From: Synergistales bacterium
GTDB taxonomy: Bacteria > Synergistota > Synergistia > Synergistales > JAFGMB01
Direction: 5' to 3'
Length of the DNA stretch: 64,000 nt
Assembly: GCA_963666205.1 (NCBI GenBank)
Contig: OY762654.1
Location: forward strand, 1,344,001 to 1,408,000
This document shows positions 39,801 through 47,962 of the stretch, one piece after another (position 1 is the stretch's first letter; each line of letters starts with the position of its first letter). Under the pieces are notes generated by a model that was not told where the DNA came from, ran no database searches, and saw only the letters and a program-made list of their open reading frames with translations. Position numbers and translations under genes: made by a program.

Positions 39801-42600
39801 CATCCAGATTGGAAAATGCTTCGTATGGCAAGCAGACCACTGTGAATACAGCCTGAAAAAAATGACGGCGGGCCGATCTCACTGCGCCGGCAAGGTGCAG
39901 TCCCAGGGTAACATCGGATGGTTTCTTGATCACATTCAAGACCGAGGCCATCAAAGAAGGAATCAGGATAATGCCCATAACCGCCAAAGTCCAAAACCAG
40001 GCTGATGGCAACATGACCCAACTCCATATGGACAGCAGTGTCAATGCCGGGGCCATCAGACTACGCCGCAGGTTATCGAAGATCTTCCAGCGGGACAGCA
40101 TGGAAAGCGGGTTTTTCTGAAGGTGTCCACCAGGACCGGGAATGTATGGCAACAGCCACTGTGCGATCTGCCAATCACCGCGAATCCAACGATGCCGGCG
40201 ACTCACATCCGCGCTGTAGGAAGATGGATATTCCTCGTATAGCTCCACATCGCTCAACAGTCCCGCTCTGGCGTAACAACCTTCCAAAAGATCATGGCTG
40301 AGGATCCGGTTTTCGGGAAAACGCCCGTTAAGTGCCTGCTCAAATGCATCTATCTCATAGATTCCCTTACCTATAAACGAACCTTCACCAAACAGATCCT
40401 GGTAAACATCGGAAACGGCGCGCGTATACGGATCTATACCGAGCTCACTTGCACACATGCGCACATAGTGTGACCGGTTCTCACCAGACAGACTCTCCGC
40501 AACCCGCGGCTGAAGAATGCCGTACCCAGCAACGACACGTTGTTTTTTTTCGTCATAGCAGGGACGATTGAGTGGGTGCGCCATGGCTCCAACAAACTGC
40601 CGCGCCGAATCGCGTGCCAATAGCGTATCTGTATCCAGGGTGATCACGTACTTCACGTCCGATAAGACCGCGGTTTCGCCGACCACAAGTTCGAAGCGAT
40701 CTCTAGCTCCACCGCGCAGAAACCCATTCAGATCCGCTAGCTTGCCGCGTTTTCGCTCGTACCCCATCCATATCCTATCCTGTGGATTCCAGCGGCGGGG
40801 ACGATGAAACAGAAAGAAAGTATCGCCTTCCGGACTCTTGTATTTTTCGTTCAGATCCTGGATCCGTTTTTGGGCCAGGCGCAACAGCGGTTCGTCCCCA
40901 GGAAGAGTAGCTTCCATGGCATCAGAAAAATCTGTGAGCAGAGCAAAGTACAGGTGATCCTCCCGATTTGCCAGGAAGCGGACTTCCATTGCCTTGAACA
41001 GATCCTCGATATTTTGAGTGCCCGTGAGCATCGTCGGAACCACGATCAGCGTTCGTAAATCCTGTGGAATCCCCTTGGAGAAGTCCATTCTCGGGAGGGG
41101 ATGCGGCGGCACCAGCAGCGTTGCCAGCCAATTCACCATACCTACCCCCAGATGACTGGCGCAGAGAAGCGAAAGCAGTCCAACCATCCAGAGTGTCCAG
41201 CCTCTCAACCCGCTGGCATAAGCCTTATCAATGAAACAGCTGGCGACAATAACTGTTATCAGCAGAATGGTGCCGATATACAACTGTAAAGAGAACCGCC
41301 TGCTGAGTTTACTCAGAAGATCAGGAGGCGAAAATCGCACCTCCGCCACTCGTTTAAGTTGTGCCGATCCCTCGTCGATCAGGTAAAACCCGACATGCCC
41401 AGTGCGGTCGCTGCATCCTTTCCGAGCCGCTCCCTCTTGTGCCAGCTTGATTGCCCTGCTCGCTACATCGCTTTCGGATAAGGGACTGCTCTTTGCAATC
41501 TTCTCCACGACGTGGCGATAGCTATCACGGGTAGTAAAATCCATTTTGCCATAAACATCAGCAGGATCTTCTCTCAGGGTCTGCTCGACAACACTCATCT
41601 TTTCGACGAATTCGCGCCAATCCGTCCCGCCGATGAATCTGAGGCTGCCGATGCTGTTGCTGACCGAGATCTGATCAGCGGCTTGTTGCTGGTTCTCCGA
41701 GCGAACCAACTGCTCGATGGTCAGACCAGACTCGGCCAACTGCTGTTCGATCCAGGAAAGCGGCAGGGACAGGGCACCGCCCTGTCCCTGCAGGCGACGC
41801 GTGAGTTCTGCAACAAAGGAACTCACCATTGGCGGGTTCGACCGCGCCATGTCTGCGATAACGAGGATCAGGCTCTTCGGATCCTGTGCAGCAATCTCGA
41901 TCATCTGGTCCGCCCAGAATTCTGCGCGGTTTCTGTTAAGCCTGCCGGCCGCTATCCGGGCGGCAACCCGGCGCAGATTCTCGATCAGTGCCAGACGCAA
42001 CATGATGGGAATGGCCCATAATTCTCCCAATTTCAAAGCAGTCACCTTCTGATAGGCAGCGACAAATCGACTGAGGTTTTCCGGATCAACTCTGCCATCA
42101 CCGTGAGAGATCGTCTCCAGAGCAATGTCATACACCCGCGGGAACCCAGCCGATGGTCCGTTCGACAAGCGAGGAAGTTCCCTGCTGTACCCCTTTGGCA
42201 AATGTCGGGTGGCCGTGCGAATCTGTTCTTCGATCAGATAGAAGTTATCGAGCAGCCATTCTCCGGCCGGTGTTATCCGGCGATCCATGTTGACAGCCTC
42301 TGTCTCCAGGTTATGGACTTTACCCAGGAAAATTTCGTTATCGGCCAGCCGCGCCAGAAGGAGATGCCGCGGGCGTCCAGTCATCAACTTATGCATACCA
42401 GCAAGGGTCTTTCCATGCTGCTCCATCTGGTCTGCGCTGAACAGATCTGATCGAAGGGGCAGTTCCTCACCGACATATTGCTGTTCCAGGTCGCTTCCAC
42501 GGAGGCTCGACCACATACGGGAAAAAGTTTTGCGAACAGTCTTAGCGGTATCCTTCATTATCAATCTCTCCTCTGCCAGATCGGAAACCGTCTCATCCAT
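33802..42600 (-). CDS. ndvB: Cyclic beta-1,2-glucan synthase (NdvB/ChvB/Cgs type; glycosyltransferase, glucoamylase-like and GH94 phosphorylase regions)
   Basis: 2932 aa; EWLLDNFYLI, WMGYERKRGKL, SHDLLEG, RRHRWIRGDWQ, YDLLASEARL, SWSGSMFEY, QSGGAFGFRDQLQD, GDWND, ENGGQYTH, GGWTWYTGSA. Confidence 0.92.
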   Translation of the reverse strand: MDETVSDLAEERLIMKDTAKTVRKTFSRMWSSLRGSDLEQQYVGEELPLRSDLFSADQMEQHGKTLAGMHKLMTGRPRHLLLARLADNEIFLGKVHNLETEAVNMDRRITPAGEWLLDNFYLIEEQIRTATRHLPKGYSRELPRLSNGPSAGFPRVYDIALETISHGDGRVDPENLSRFVAAYQKVTALKLGELWAIPIMLRLALIENLRRVAARIAAGRLNRNRAEFWADQMIEIAAQDPKSLILVIADMARSNPPMVSSFVAELTRRLQGQGGALSLPLSWIEQQLAESGLTIEQLVRSENQQQAADQISVSNSIGSLRFIGGTDWREFVEKMSVVEQTLREDPADVYGKMDFTTRDSYRHVVEKIAKSSPLSESDVASRAIKLAQEGAARKGCSDRTGHVGFYLIDEGSAQLKRVAEVRFSPPDLLSKLSRRFSLQLYIGTILLITVIVASCFIDKAYASGLRGWTLWMVGLLSLLCASHLGVGMVNWLATLLVPPHPLPRMDFSKGIPQDLRTLIVVPTMLTGTQNIEDLFKAMEVRFLANREDHLYFALLTDFSDAMEATLPGDEPLLRLAQKRIQDLNEKYKSPEGDTFFLFHRPRRWNPQDRIWMGYERKRGKLADLNGFLRGGARDRFELVVGETAVLSDVKYVITLDTDTLLARDSARQFVGAMAHPLNRPCYDEKKQRVVAGYGILQPRVAESLSGENRSHYVRMCASELGIDPYTRAVSDVYQDLFGEGSFIGKGIYEIDAFEQALNGRFPENRILSHDLLEGCYARAGLLSDVELYEEYPSSYSADVSRRHRWIRGDWQIAQWLLPYIPGPGGHLQKNPLSMLSRWKIFDNLRRSLMAPALTLLSIWSWVMLPSAWFWTLAVMGIILIPSLMASVLNVIKKPSDVTLGLHLAGAVRSARRHFFQAVFTVVCLPYEAFSNLDAMVRVAWRTLVTHQGLLQWNPSDSSDRNGRTDLAGSYRAMWIVPLLVVAVVIMIASFRSATLVVAGPILGLWFASPVIAWWISRPITRRRKRLTTDQIIFLRKIFRKTWSFFETFIGPEDNWLPPDNYQEYPVSVLAHRTSPTNMGLVLLANLSAYDFGVILAGKLIERTAKALHTMEGLERHRGHFFNWYDTRSLKPLPPLYISSVDSGNLAGHLLTLRSGLRGLPDHKILSKRFFESLSDTLRIVLDTAANKPEIYNPVQFAQLEEDLDSATHSFPPTLTALRLCIDQLARSVAVVVSGIETTDASPESQFEWWVRAFSRQCQDALDELKLLAPWTDLLSSQDNPGGFQNLDEIPTLRELAGLDKKLLPVIAHRISPASTMEEKIYLRELHDLIVTASQHAKTRISAIKGLALQCDTLARMEYGFLFDETQHLLAIGYNVAEGRKDSSYYDLLASEARLSVFVAIAQGELAQESWFALGRILTTAGGEPILLSWSGSMFEYLMPLLVMPTYEHTLLDQTCKVAVASQIEYGKKRNVPWGISESGYNAIDVHRNYQYRAFGVPGLGLKRGLAEDLVIAPYASALALMVTPDEACLNLELLAAEGFETRYGFYEAIDYTPSRLPRGQSSAVVRSFMAHHQGMTLLSLSHVLQDRPMQKRFESDPLFQATMLLLQERIPKATPLYVHTTELSEHSMTFSALETPIRCFNSPDTPSPEVQLLSNGRYHVMITNAGGGYSRWNDLAITRWREDSTCDNWGTFCYIRDVASKEFWSTTYQPVLNLSGNYEAIFSEGRAEFRRRDHNYDTYTEIAVSPEDDIELRRVKITNRAQTRREIDITSYAEVVMAPPAPDALHPAFSNLFVQTEIIHQQRAILCTRRPRSEGEQAPWMMHLMAVRGAEIGAVSYETDRMQFIGRGNTVADPQAMIGGDGSFTGELSGSEGSVLDPIVSIRCRINLDPEESVTIDMVTGIGETRDAAVGLAGKYQDRRLANRVFDLAWTHGQVLLRQSNASEADAQLYGRLASSIIYANASLRADPSVLIKNHRGQSGLWGYAISGDLPIVLLKIGDPANIELVRQLVQAHAYWRLKGLAVDLVIWNEDHAGYRQLLHDQIMGLITAGIEANITDRPGGIFVRSEDRIAEEDRILIQTVARVIISDSRGTLAEQINGRSLDETTAPLLTPTRTPRSEPLAVAPLPRPDLMFYNGLGGFTHDGHEYIITTAQGQLTPAPWVNVLANPNFGTVISESGLAYTWSENAHEFRLTPWGNDPVSDSRGEAFYLRDEDLGKFWSPTPLPCRGKMPYVTRHGFGYSVFEHTEHGIHSELWVYVAMDEAIKFTVLKVRNDSGQSRRLSATGYVEWVLGDLRSKSAMHVITEIDPNSGALFARNPYNMEFHDRTAFFDVDDTSRTVTGDRREFLGRNGTLHAPAAMNRTCLSGKVGAGRDPCAAIQISFDLESGQEREIVFRLGIGRDADDARRLINDFRGPTTAHSALDLVWQHWKHTLGAINVETPDPSLNVLANGWLIYQTLTCRLWARSATYQSGGAFGFRDQLQDVMALVHARPHLVREQILLCASRQFTEGDVQHWWHPPTGRGVRTHCSDDYLWLSVATCRYVLATGDTGVLDEPVHFLQGRSVNPDEDSYYDLPGHSEEMASLYDHCVRAILNGLRFGEHGLPLIGSGDWNDSMNRVGEHGKGESVWLGFFLFEVLMRFAEIARIHGDVAFAGRCIREAEQLRGNIKRHGWDGAWYLRAYFDEGSPLGSSDNPECQIDSIAQSWSVLSGAGDHERSCMAMEAVDKRLVRREHGLIQLLDPPFDKSTVNPGYIKGYVPGVRENGGQYTHAAIWAAMAFARLGDNRRAWELFTMINPVNHARSPQETATYKVEPYVIAADVYALPPHTGRGGWTWYTGSAAWMYRLILESLLGLRLEVDKLFFTPCLPPDWKGFTMYYRYRETVYHISVLQTPPGNGEMRVRVDGIEQHDKGIPLVDDHKEHSVDVCIPVTED

Positions 42601-43170
42601 GTCAAAAAAGTATTATTCATTGCAATAGCCACTGGCTCGGGTATTCAGATCTCTCGACAATCATGGTCTGAACGAAGCAATCAATTCGGTCCATGTGGAA
42701 TTTTCGTAATAAGTAAACTATATTTTCCGATGGACATAACATCCAGGTCGCTGGACCCATCGTCGACCTGGATCAGGGCGGAGAACCCGTTTGGAGGACC
42801 ACCATTGGTCCTCCAAACAAGTCCATTGCTGAATGATGTGTAATTATGATATGGGATTCTTTGCAATCGTGGATATTTGTACATTGACCTTAGGGATAGT
42901 TGGAGTTCTTTCCCCAACCTGAACAATTTAACCTTAAGGTCAAAACTCTAACTATTTATTATATCATTTTGTTCATTATTTACTCTCCGAATAAAAAGGT
43001 ATTCCTTCCGGGGTGAACCTGAGGCAGACATGGACACCCTCGGGATCCACAATTTGACCCCTTTGATTCTTGGTACAGGCATATGGTTGTCAAGCCAGAT
43101 CTACCTTTCATGATAATGAGTTGTAAATTCAGAATATCACCGATTCAGTGTTATAATACTTTAGGGTTAG

Positions 43171-43575
43171 ATGCACTTTAAGAAAGGAAGTGTCAACATG
43201 TTCAACAGAAAGATATGGATTATTGCTCTTGCAGCAATAATGGTGTTTGGCGGCGCATCTTTTGCGGCTGTCGGGGGGGATCTTGTCGGAACATACAGGG
43301 GAGTATTCACAGGGTCAGAGAACTACGGTGTATTTCTTGTCACAGTTAATCCTGACGGATCCATCTACGGAACCGGACATTCACAGGTATTTATGAGTGA
43401 CCTTGTTTTCGAGGGCACTGTAAGACCGGATGGTACGACCGAGTTTTACACTGTTAGCGGAGCCGATAGTCCAATATACTTCAATGGCAGGATCGATTTC
43501 ATAAAGAGGCTTCTGGGCAAATGGACCTACCGGGACAACAATGCCTGGGGCTCGTTCAACGGGTTGATCCAGTAG
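43171..43575 (+). CDS. Small secreted beta-rich hypothetical protein
   Basis: Signal peptide from the probable start ATG at 43198 (AGGAAG upstream); GTYRGVFTG..G.F.VTV..DG.I.GTG repeat-like pattern. Confidence 0.75.
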   Translation: MHFKKGSVNMFNRKIWIIALAAIMVFGGASFAAVGGDLVGTYRGVFTGSENYGVFLVTVNPDGSIYGTGHSQVFMSDLVFEGTVRPDGTTEFYTVSGADSPIYFNGRIDFIKRLLGKWTYRDNNAWGSFNGLIQ

Positions 43576-43674
43576 AACCAGGATATCTTATACTGGAGAA
43601 AATGCTAGGGGTATGAATCATCCCAGTTTCGTAAACTTTGGCATTAGGTTCGTTTTAACAGCCGCAATGGGAAA

Positions 43675-43723
43675 ATCCAGACCCGGATCATCTGCAAGTT
43701 AACACATATGATCCGGGTCTATC
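43675..43723. repeat. Hairpin family C, copy 2
   Basis: ATCCAGACCCGGATCATCTGCAAGTTAACACATATGATCCGGGTCTATC; stem AGACCCGGATCA/TGATCCGGGTCT. Confidence 0.75.
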
Positions 43724-44124
43724 TATTGATTACTTCTATTGAGATCTTACGTAACGATACCCCCTGATTCCTGAAGATTCGAGTCCTGGCGGGAAATAGC
43801 TGAACTGCAAAACCGCGCGTACAATGTCGCGTACATTAGGTGTGCGTAACCAGTGAAAAAAGTTTGAAGGCTATTTGTACCCAGTTTGTCATTCAACTCA
43901 TAGTTATGGCCAGTTTTGGAGTATATCCTGTTTCCAAGGGATCGAGAGCCAGAGAAACTGTCATTTCAACAATAGACCCCGATCTTTCCTTTGTTATTGC
44001 AACAAAGGGACAACAGCCCCAATAGCTATACCTTCATCTTCTTTTATATTCGACCCTTTTCACATTCGGGAATTAACCTGATTACAATTTCAGATACAGA
44101 CACCAAAGGTTCGGATGATCTACA

Positions 44125-44178
44125 TTGACATATACTAATTCATCATTATAATTAAGATAGCTACTCACCAATGATGAG
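44125..44178 (+). promoter_or_regulatory. Sigma70 promoter and candidate operator of the regulator-TAXI-dapA operon
   Basis: TTGACA 44125-44130, 16-bp spacer, TATAAT 44147-44152; CTCA-N7-TGAG dyad at 44164-44178. Confidence 0.7.
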
Positions 44179-44205
44179 CGGTAATGGCGGAGGAATTGAT
44201 ATCAA

Positions 44206-45009
44206 ATGAGTAAAAGTAGAAAAGAAATTGAGTATATTGTCCTTTCAGAATTATCCAAATCAGAACATCCCTTAGGCGCAGGCGCTATTCGGGTCCTTCT
44301 AAACGATCATAATATTGATTTTGGAGAAGCTACGGTCGGAAGATTTTTAAAACATCTTGATCTTGAGGGTTATGTGGACAAAGTAGGGTTCAAAGGCAGG
44401 ATCATTTCTGAACAAGGTCGAATCAGGCTGAAAAGTCTCTCTGACGAGAAAGCAAAAAACAAGAATCTGAAAGATTTCGGATCTTTTCTTTCTACAGATG
44501 ATGGTACCTATGTAAGGGATATTCTTGTTGCCCGGAGGGCTCTTGAATCTGAAGCTGCAGCTCTTGCTGCTCAGAATGCATCTGACGAGGATATCAACAC
44601 GATAGAGACCATACTGGACCACATGAGGTCCTTGCTTGATTCCAATCAGAGCATGGCTGTCACAGACGTTGAATTCCACGACAGTATAGCAAAAGCCTCG
44701 GGAAACAAGATTATCGAAACCGCCTTGAAGGTCATTCGTCATGGGGGGAAAGACTCTGGAATAGTTGAATTTCTGAGAAACAGGGCAGGGAGTCAGATCG
44801 GGAAGGATCACCTGGTAATTCTGGAAGCTATTCGGAACAGAGATTCAAGGAAAGCTCGAAAATTAATGCAGAATCATCTTGATAACATCATCGAAGACCT
44901 GACATCTTATGAAACAAGTGTGTTTGGCGATAATAACCATGAAAATGCCTGTTCGGGCATTAAATCAGAAAAGGAGATGATCTCAAGTGTTAAAACACCA
45001 TCGAAGTAA
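44206..45009 (+). CDS. Transcriptional regulator: NrpR/RNase R-type winged helix plus FCD domain
   Basis: PLGA..I...L......GEATVGR.L..LD..GY....GFKGR; ARRALE...A.LAA, DVEFH..IA.ASGN, H..I.EAI..RD. Confidence 0.8.
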   Translation: MSKSRKEIEYIVLSELSKSEHPLGAGAIRVLLNDHNIDFGEATVGRFLKHLDLEGYVDKVGFKGRIISEQGRIRLKSLSDEKAKNKNLKDFGSFLSTDDGTYVRDILVARRALESEAAALAAQNASDEDINTIETILDHMRSLLDSNQSMAVTDVEFHDSIAKASGNKIIETALKVIRHGGKDSGIVEFLRNRAGSQIGKDHLVILEAIRNRDSRKARKLMQNHLDNIIEDLTSYETSVFGDNNHENACSGIKSEKEMISSVKTPSK

Positions 45010-45970
45010 GAAGCTCATTGCCCTGGTTATCATGTTCCTCTTTATGGCAGTTGGACCGTTAGCTGCAGCTCCCAAGTTCTTTACCATTGCCTCGGGTCCC
45101 GTAGGGGGAGGATGGTATATCCTTGGCGGAGTCCTGGGGGAACTTGTCAAATCTGAGTATCCTGAAACCAAGGTTGCGGTAAGGACCGGAGGAGCTATTT
45201 CCAATCCCACCACTGTCAGCACGGGTAAAGCAGATGTAGCAACAACGCAGGATCAGATTTTCTACCAGGCTTATAACAATTATCCCAGCTTCAAGGAACA
45301 TGGTGATCACAGTAATCTTATGGGATTAGCATATCTGGGCGATATTTATATGGGTGTTTTCCTTGTAAAACAGGATTCTGAATTCCAGTCACTCCAGCAG
45401 ATCGCTGATAACAAAATGCCCATAAGGATAGTAACTGCCCCGAAAGGTTCTTCTCCTTCAAAAGCAACAGAGAGATTACTGGAAGAATATGGTATATCAA
45501 CTGAAGATCTGAAGGAATGGGGAGGAAGTATAAGCTACGTATCCTATTCAGAGGGATCTGCACTGATCAAGGACGGACATGCTGATGCGTGGTGTGGACC
45601 TATAATGCCTGCAACAATAGACCTTGCTGTCAGCCGCCCCCTCAAAGTTCTTCCTATCAGTGAGAAAGTACGTACGGCACTCAATGAGAAATATAAATAC
45701 GGGATCAGGACCATCCCAAAGGGCACCTATGATTTCATAACGGAAGATACCCCTGTTATCGCTGAATCTCCCATCCTTATAGTTAATAAGGATATGCCGG
45801 AAGATGTAGCCTATACCCTTGTCAAAGTCATGTGTAATAACCCTGACAAGATCCGGGGTACCAGCAAGACCTACAGCAAGTGGAGCCCTGAAGTTGCCCC
45901 AAATATCACAGGTGGCCCGATACATCCGGGAGCAGTAAAGTACTACAAAGAAAAAGGTCTTATGCAGTAA
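44987..45970 (+). CDS. TAXI-family TRAP substrate-binding protein
   Basis: TIASGPVGGGWY, TGGA.SN, PIHPGAVKYYKEKG. Confidence 0.9.
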   Translation: MLKHHRSKKLIALVIMFLFMAVGPLAAAPKFFTIASGPVGGGWYILGGVLGELVKSEYPETKVAVRTGGAISNPTTVSTGKADVATTQDQIFYQAYNNYPSFKEHGDHSNLMGLAYLGDIYMGVFLVKQDSEFQSLQQIADNKMPIRIVTAPKGSSPSKATERLLEEYGISTEDLKEWGGSISYVSYSEGSALIKDGHADAWCGPIMPATIDLAVSRPLKVLPISEKVRTALNEKYKYGIRTIPKGTYDFITEDTPVIAESPILIVNKDMPEDVAYTLVKVMCNNPDKIRGTSKTYSKWSPEVAPNITGGPIHPGAVKYYKEKGLMQ

Positions 45971-45986
45971 ACCTTTGAGTCTGTTA

Positions 45987-46027
45987 AGAGGAGAAGAGCA
46001 GAGATATATCCTCTGCTCTTCTCCTCT
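45987..46027 (+). terminator. Long intercistronic hairpin after the TAXI gene
   Basis: AGAGGAGAAGAGCAGAG / CTCTGCTCTTCTCCTCT perfect 17-bp stem. Confidence 0.7.
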
Positions 46028-46066
46028 AGTGTGAGTGTTTAGGTTAGTAATAGTGGAGGGTTCATA

Positions 46067-47962
46067 TTGAAAAGATTTGGGATACCGACAAAATATATCG
46101 TACTTATCCTCTCTATAGTCCTTGTAGGGTTTCATCTTTACACTGCTGCATTTGGCACAGTGATCACCCAGCTTCAGAGAAGTATTCATTTAACACTTGC
46201 CGCTGTTCTTGGCTTTCTTTGTTATCCTCGGTCGAAAGATTCCAGAACCGACCTCTTTGACATCTTTCTGGCAGTAATAGCTGTTTTATGTTTTGGATAC
46301 ATACTGATAAATTACGACAGGATCGCCCTGAGACAATCCCTTGTAAGTTATCTTTCCCCTTTTGATCTGGTAATCGGTGCTGGTGTGATACTCCTCGTGA
46401 TAGAGTTGACCAGAAGGACCGTAGGGAAAGTATTGAGCCTGGTGACCATAGCCTGCCTCCTGTTTGCTTATTACGGCCAGATCATGCCGGATATCATAGC
46501 TCATATAGGGGTCTCCCTGAGAGATATCATCGACTACCAGGCCTTTGGTCTAGACGGTGTATATTCCATGCCCCTCAGCATTTCCGCCACCTATATTGTC
46601 CTCTTTATTATCCTTGGAACCATCATGGAATATTCGAAAGCTGGAGACGTGATAATGGATCTTGGCAAATTGCTGGCAGGAAGGTTCAGGGGCGGCCCTG
46701 CCAAGGTGGCGTGCCTGACCTCTGCTTTCTTTGGATCCATTTCAGGGAGTGCTGCTGCCAACGTTTATGCCACAGGTACATTTACCATACCGATGATGAA
46801 ACGTATAGGATATAAACCGGTAACTGCTGGAGCAGTGGAAGCTATCGCTTCCACTGGCGGACAGATAATGCCTCCTGTAATGGGTGCAGCCGCTTTTATC
46901 ATGGCCGAAACCATAGGCATTCCATATATTTCCATTTGTAAAGCCGCGCTTATGCCTGCTGTTTTTTACTATATAAGCCTCATCCTGGTTCTTGATTTTA
47001 TCGCTGCCAAAAGGAACATTAAAGGCATAGCCCGAGAAGAGCTTCCAAAAGTCAGAGAAGTAATGCCTAAGGTTTACCTGCTGCTGCCTCTGATCGTTCT
47101 GGTGGTGGTCCTTATCAAAGGGTATACCCCCTTTCGCGCCTCTTTCATTGCAATAATCCTGAGTTTCGTTCTGAGCTTTTTCAGAAAGGATACCCGGTTC
47201 ACTCTCAACACTTTTCTTGAGGCTGTGGTGGTTTCCGCAAGACGGACTTCCATGATAGCCATTGCCTGTGCAGCTGCAGGGATAGTGATAGGTACTATCA
47301 CCCAGACAGGTGTCGGGCTTGCCCTTTCAAGCATCATTGTCTCTCTTTCCGGAGGACATCTCTGGCTGGCCCTTATTCTGATCATGGTCAGTTGCATAAT
47401 TATGGGTATGGGAACTCCTACAACTGTCGCTTATATCATTGTGGCGACCTTGGCAGTCCCCATAATGAAGGATCTCAATTTTGCAGATCTTCCATCCCAT
47501 CTTTTCGTCTTTTATTTCGGCGTCATGTCCATGATCACTCCCCCTGTCGCTATAGCAGCATATGCTGCTGGTGAAATAGCGCAGGAGGATCCGATGAAGA
47601 TCGGTTTTGCTGCCACAAAACTTGCCGCGATCGTTTACATCCTCCCCTTTGTCTTCCTCTTTGATAACAGCCTCCTTTTAATCGGAGAATGGCCTTATGT
47701 AGTTATGAGATTATTTTTCCTGCTTCTGGCCGTTTGCATCTTTGCAGGAGCAATTACAGGATGGACACTGATAAACCTTTCTTTAATTATGAGAGCACTG
47801 ATGGTGGGTGTTTTCTGCACCCTTGTAATACCTGACATACCCCTTAACCTATTGGGTACAGCAGCTTTTGGTGCCACTATTGCATTCCTTTACATGAAAT
47901 CGAAAAGAGCGGATGAAAAGTTAAAGACAATAAATATACATGAAGGAAGGGAAGAAATATGA
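46067..47962 (+). CDS. TRAP transporter 4TM/12TM fused permease
   Basis: GGPAKVA, GSISGSAAANV..TG.FTIPMM, EA.ASTGGQIMPPVMGAAAF, GMG.PT, TPPVA. Confidence 0.92.
   Translation: MKRFGIPTKYIVLILSIVLVGFHLYTAAFGTVITQLQRSIHLTLAAVLGFLCYPRSKDSRTDLFDIFLAVIAVLCFGYILINYDRIALRQSLVSYLSPFDLVIGAGVILLVIELTRRTVGKVLSLVTIACLLFAYYGQIMPDIIAHIGVSLRDIIDYQAFGLDGVYSMPLSISATYIVLFIILGTIMEYSKAGDVIMDLGKLLAGRFRGGPAKVACLTSAFFGSISGSAAANVYATGTFTIPMMKRIGYKPVTAGAVEAIASTGGQIMPPVMGAAAFIMAETIGIPYISICKAALMPAVFYYISLILVLDFIAAKRNIKGIAREELPKVREVMPKVYLLLPLIVLVVVLIKGYTPFRASFIAIILSFVLSFFRKDTRFTLNTFLEAVVVSARRTSMIAIACAAAGIVIGTITQTGVGLALSSIIVSLSGGHLWLALILIMVSCIIMGMGTPTTVAYIIVATLAVPIMKDLNFADLPSHLFVFYFGVMSMITPPVAIAAYAAGEIAQEDPMKIGFAATKLAAIVYILPFVFLFDNSLLLIGEWPYVVMRLFFLLLAVCIFAGAITGWTLINLSLIMRALMVGVFCTLVIPDIPLNLLGTAAFGATIAFLYMKSKRADEKLKTINIHEGREEI

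Noticed and set aside
42681-42926. 81-aa ORF upstream of ndvB
   Set aside because: No convincing ribosome-binding site or family motif; could be a gene relic but cannot be supported.
43021-43065. TTTGACCCC upstream of ndvB as another repeat-A copy
   Set aside because: Only TGACCCC matches; the internal sequence and spacing do not align.
43840-44081. Short ORFs or a possible pseudogene fragment
   Set aside because: Frames are interrupted and resemblance to any family is too weak to call.
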